Source: Botryllus schlosseri (Eukaryota). Taken from it: 64,000 bases of DNA. The stretch is from assembly GCA_051294905.1 (NCBI GenBank), contig CM119373.1, positions 3,784,001 to 3,848,000 on the forward strand, written 5' to 3'. How positions within the stretch are numbered: position 1 is the stretch's first letter; every line of letters starts with the position of its first letter. Of the stretch, positions 63,818 through 64,000 are shown piece after piece. Position numbers and translations under genes: made by a program. The notes beneath the pieces are model-generated. The model was not told where the DNA came from. It worked only from the letters and a program-made list of their open reading frames with translations, and did not search any database.

Positions 63818-64000
63818 GTGCCCACACGTATGTCAAACCATTCACCCAGAGCATAACCAATACATTGCGCTTCCTCACTTGTCACGGGCGGCGTATCGCT
63901 TCGCTAACGCTCGCTCTACCCCTCACTAAGCACATGTGCAGTATATCGATCGCCAAGCTTTGCAGCATATTGAAAAGGTCACATATGTCAGACCATTCAC

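Overview
Repeat-dense, AT-rich animal genomic DNA. Spliceosomal introns of 55-61 bp and the TE and gene content suggest a marine invertebrate, possibly a tunicate; that assignment is inference only. The window is mostly nested DNA transposons (hAT Buster/Ac/Tol2/Blackjack/hATm-like, Kolobok-like, a P-like foldback), SINE/LINE fragments and a 21/23-bp satellite with higher-order structure. It also holds decayed genes: a spliced pyruvate dehydrogenase kinase fragment, a DUF4806-type gene and a PHD+SprT-like frame. The main feature is a 13.8-kb near-perfect palindrome (12492-26308; about 6.9-kb arms, 31-bp spacer). It starts AGTAGTAG, ends CTACTACT and is flanked by a 6-bp direct repeat (TATATT), which matches Polinton/Maverick-type ends and target duplication. 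I see no Polinton core gene in it. It carries two convergent copies of an intronless 3xBIR(+decayed RING) inhibitor-of-apoptosis pseudogene and sits inside a small Buster-type hAT element with its own 8-bp TSD. I read it as a snap-back (defective, trans-mobilised) Polinton-like element with IAP cargo that could make a multi-kb hairpin RNA. All family calls come from motifs read by eye; no search was run.
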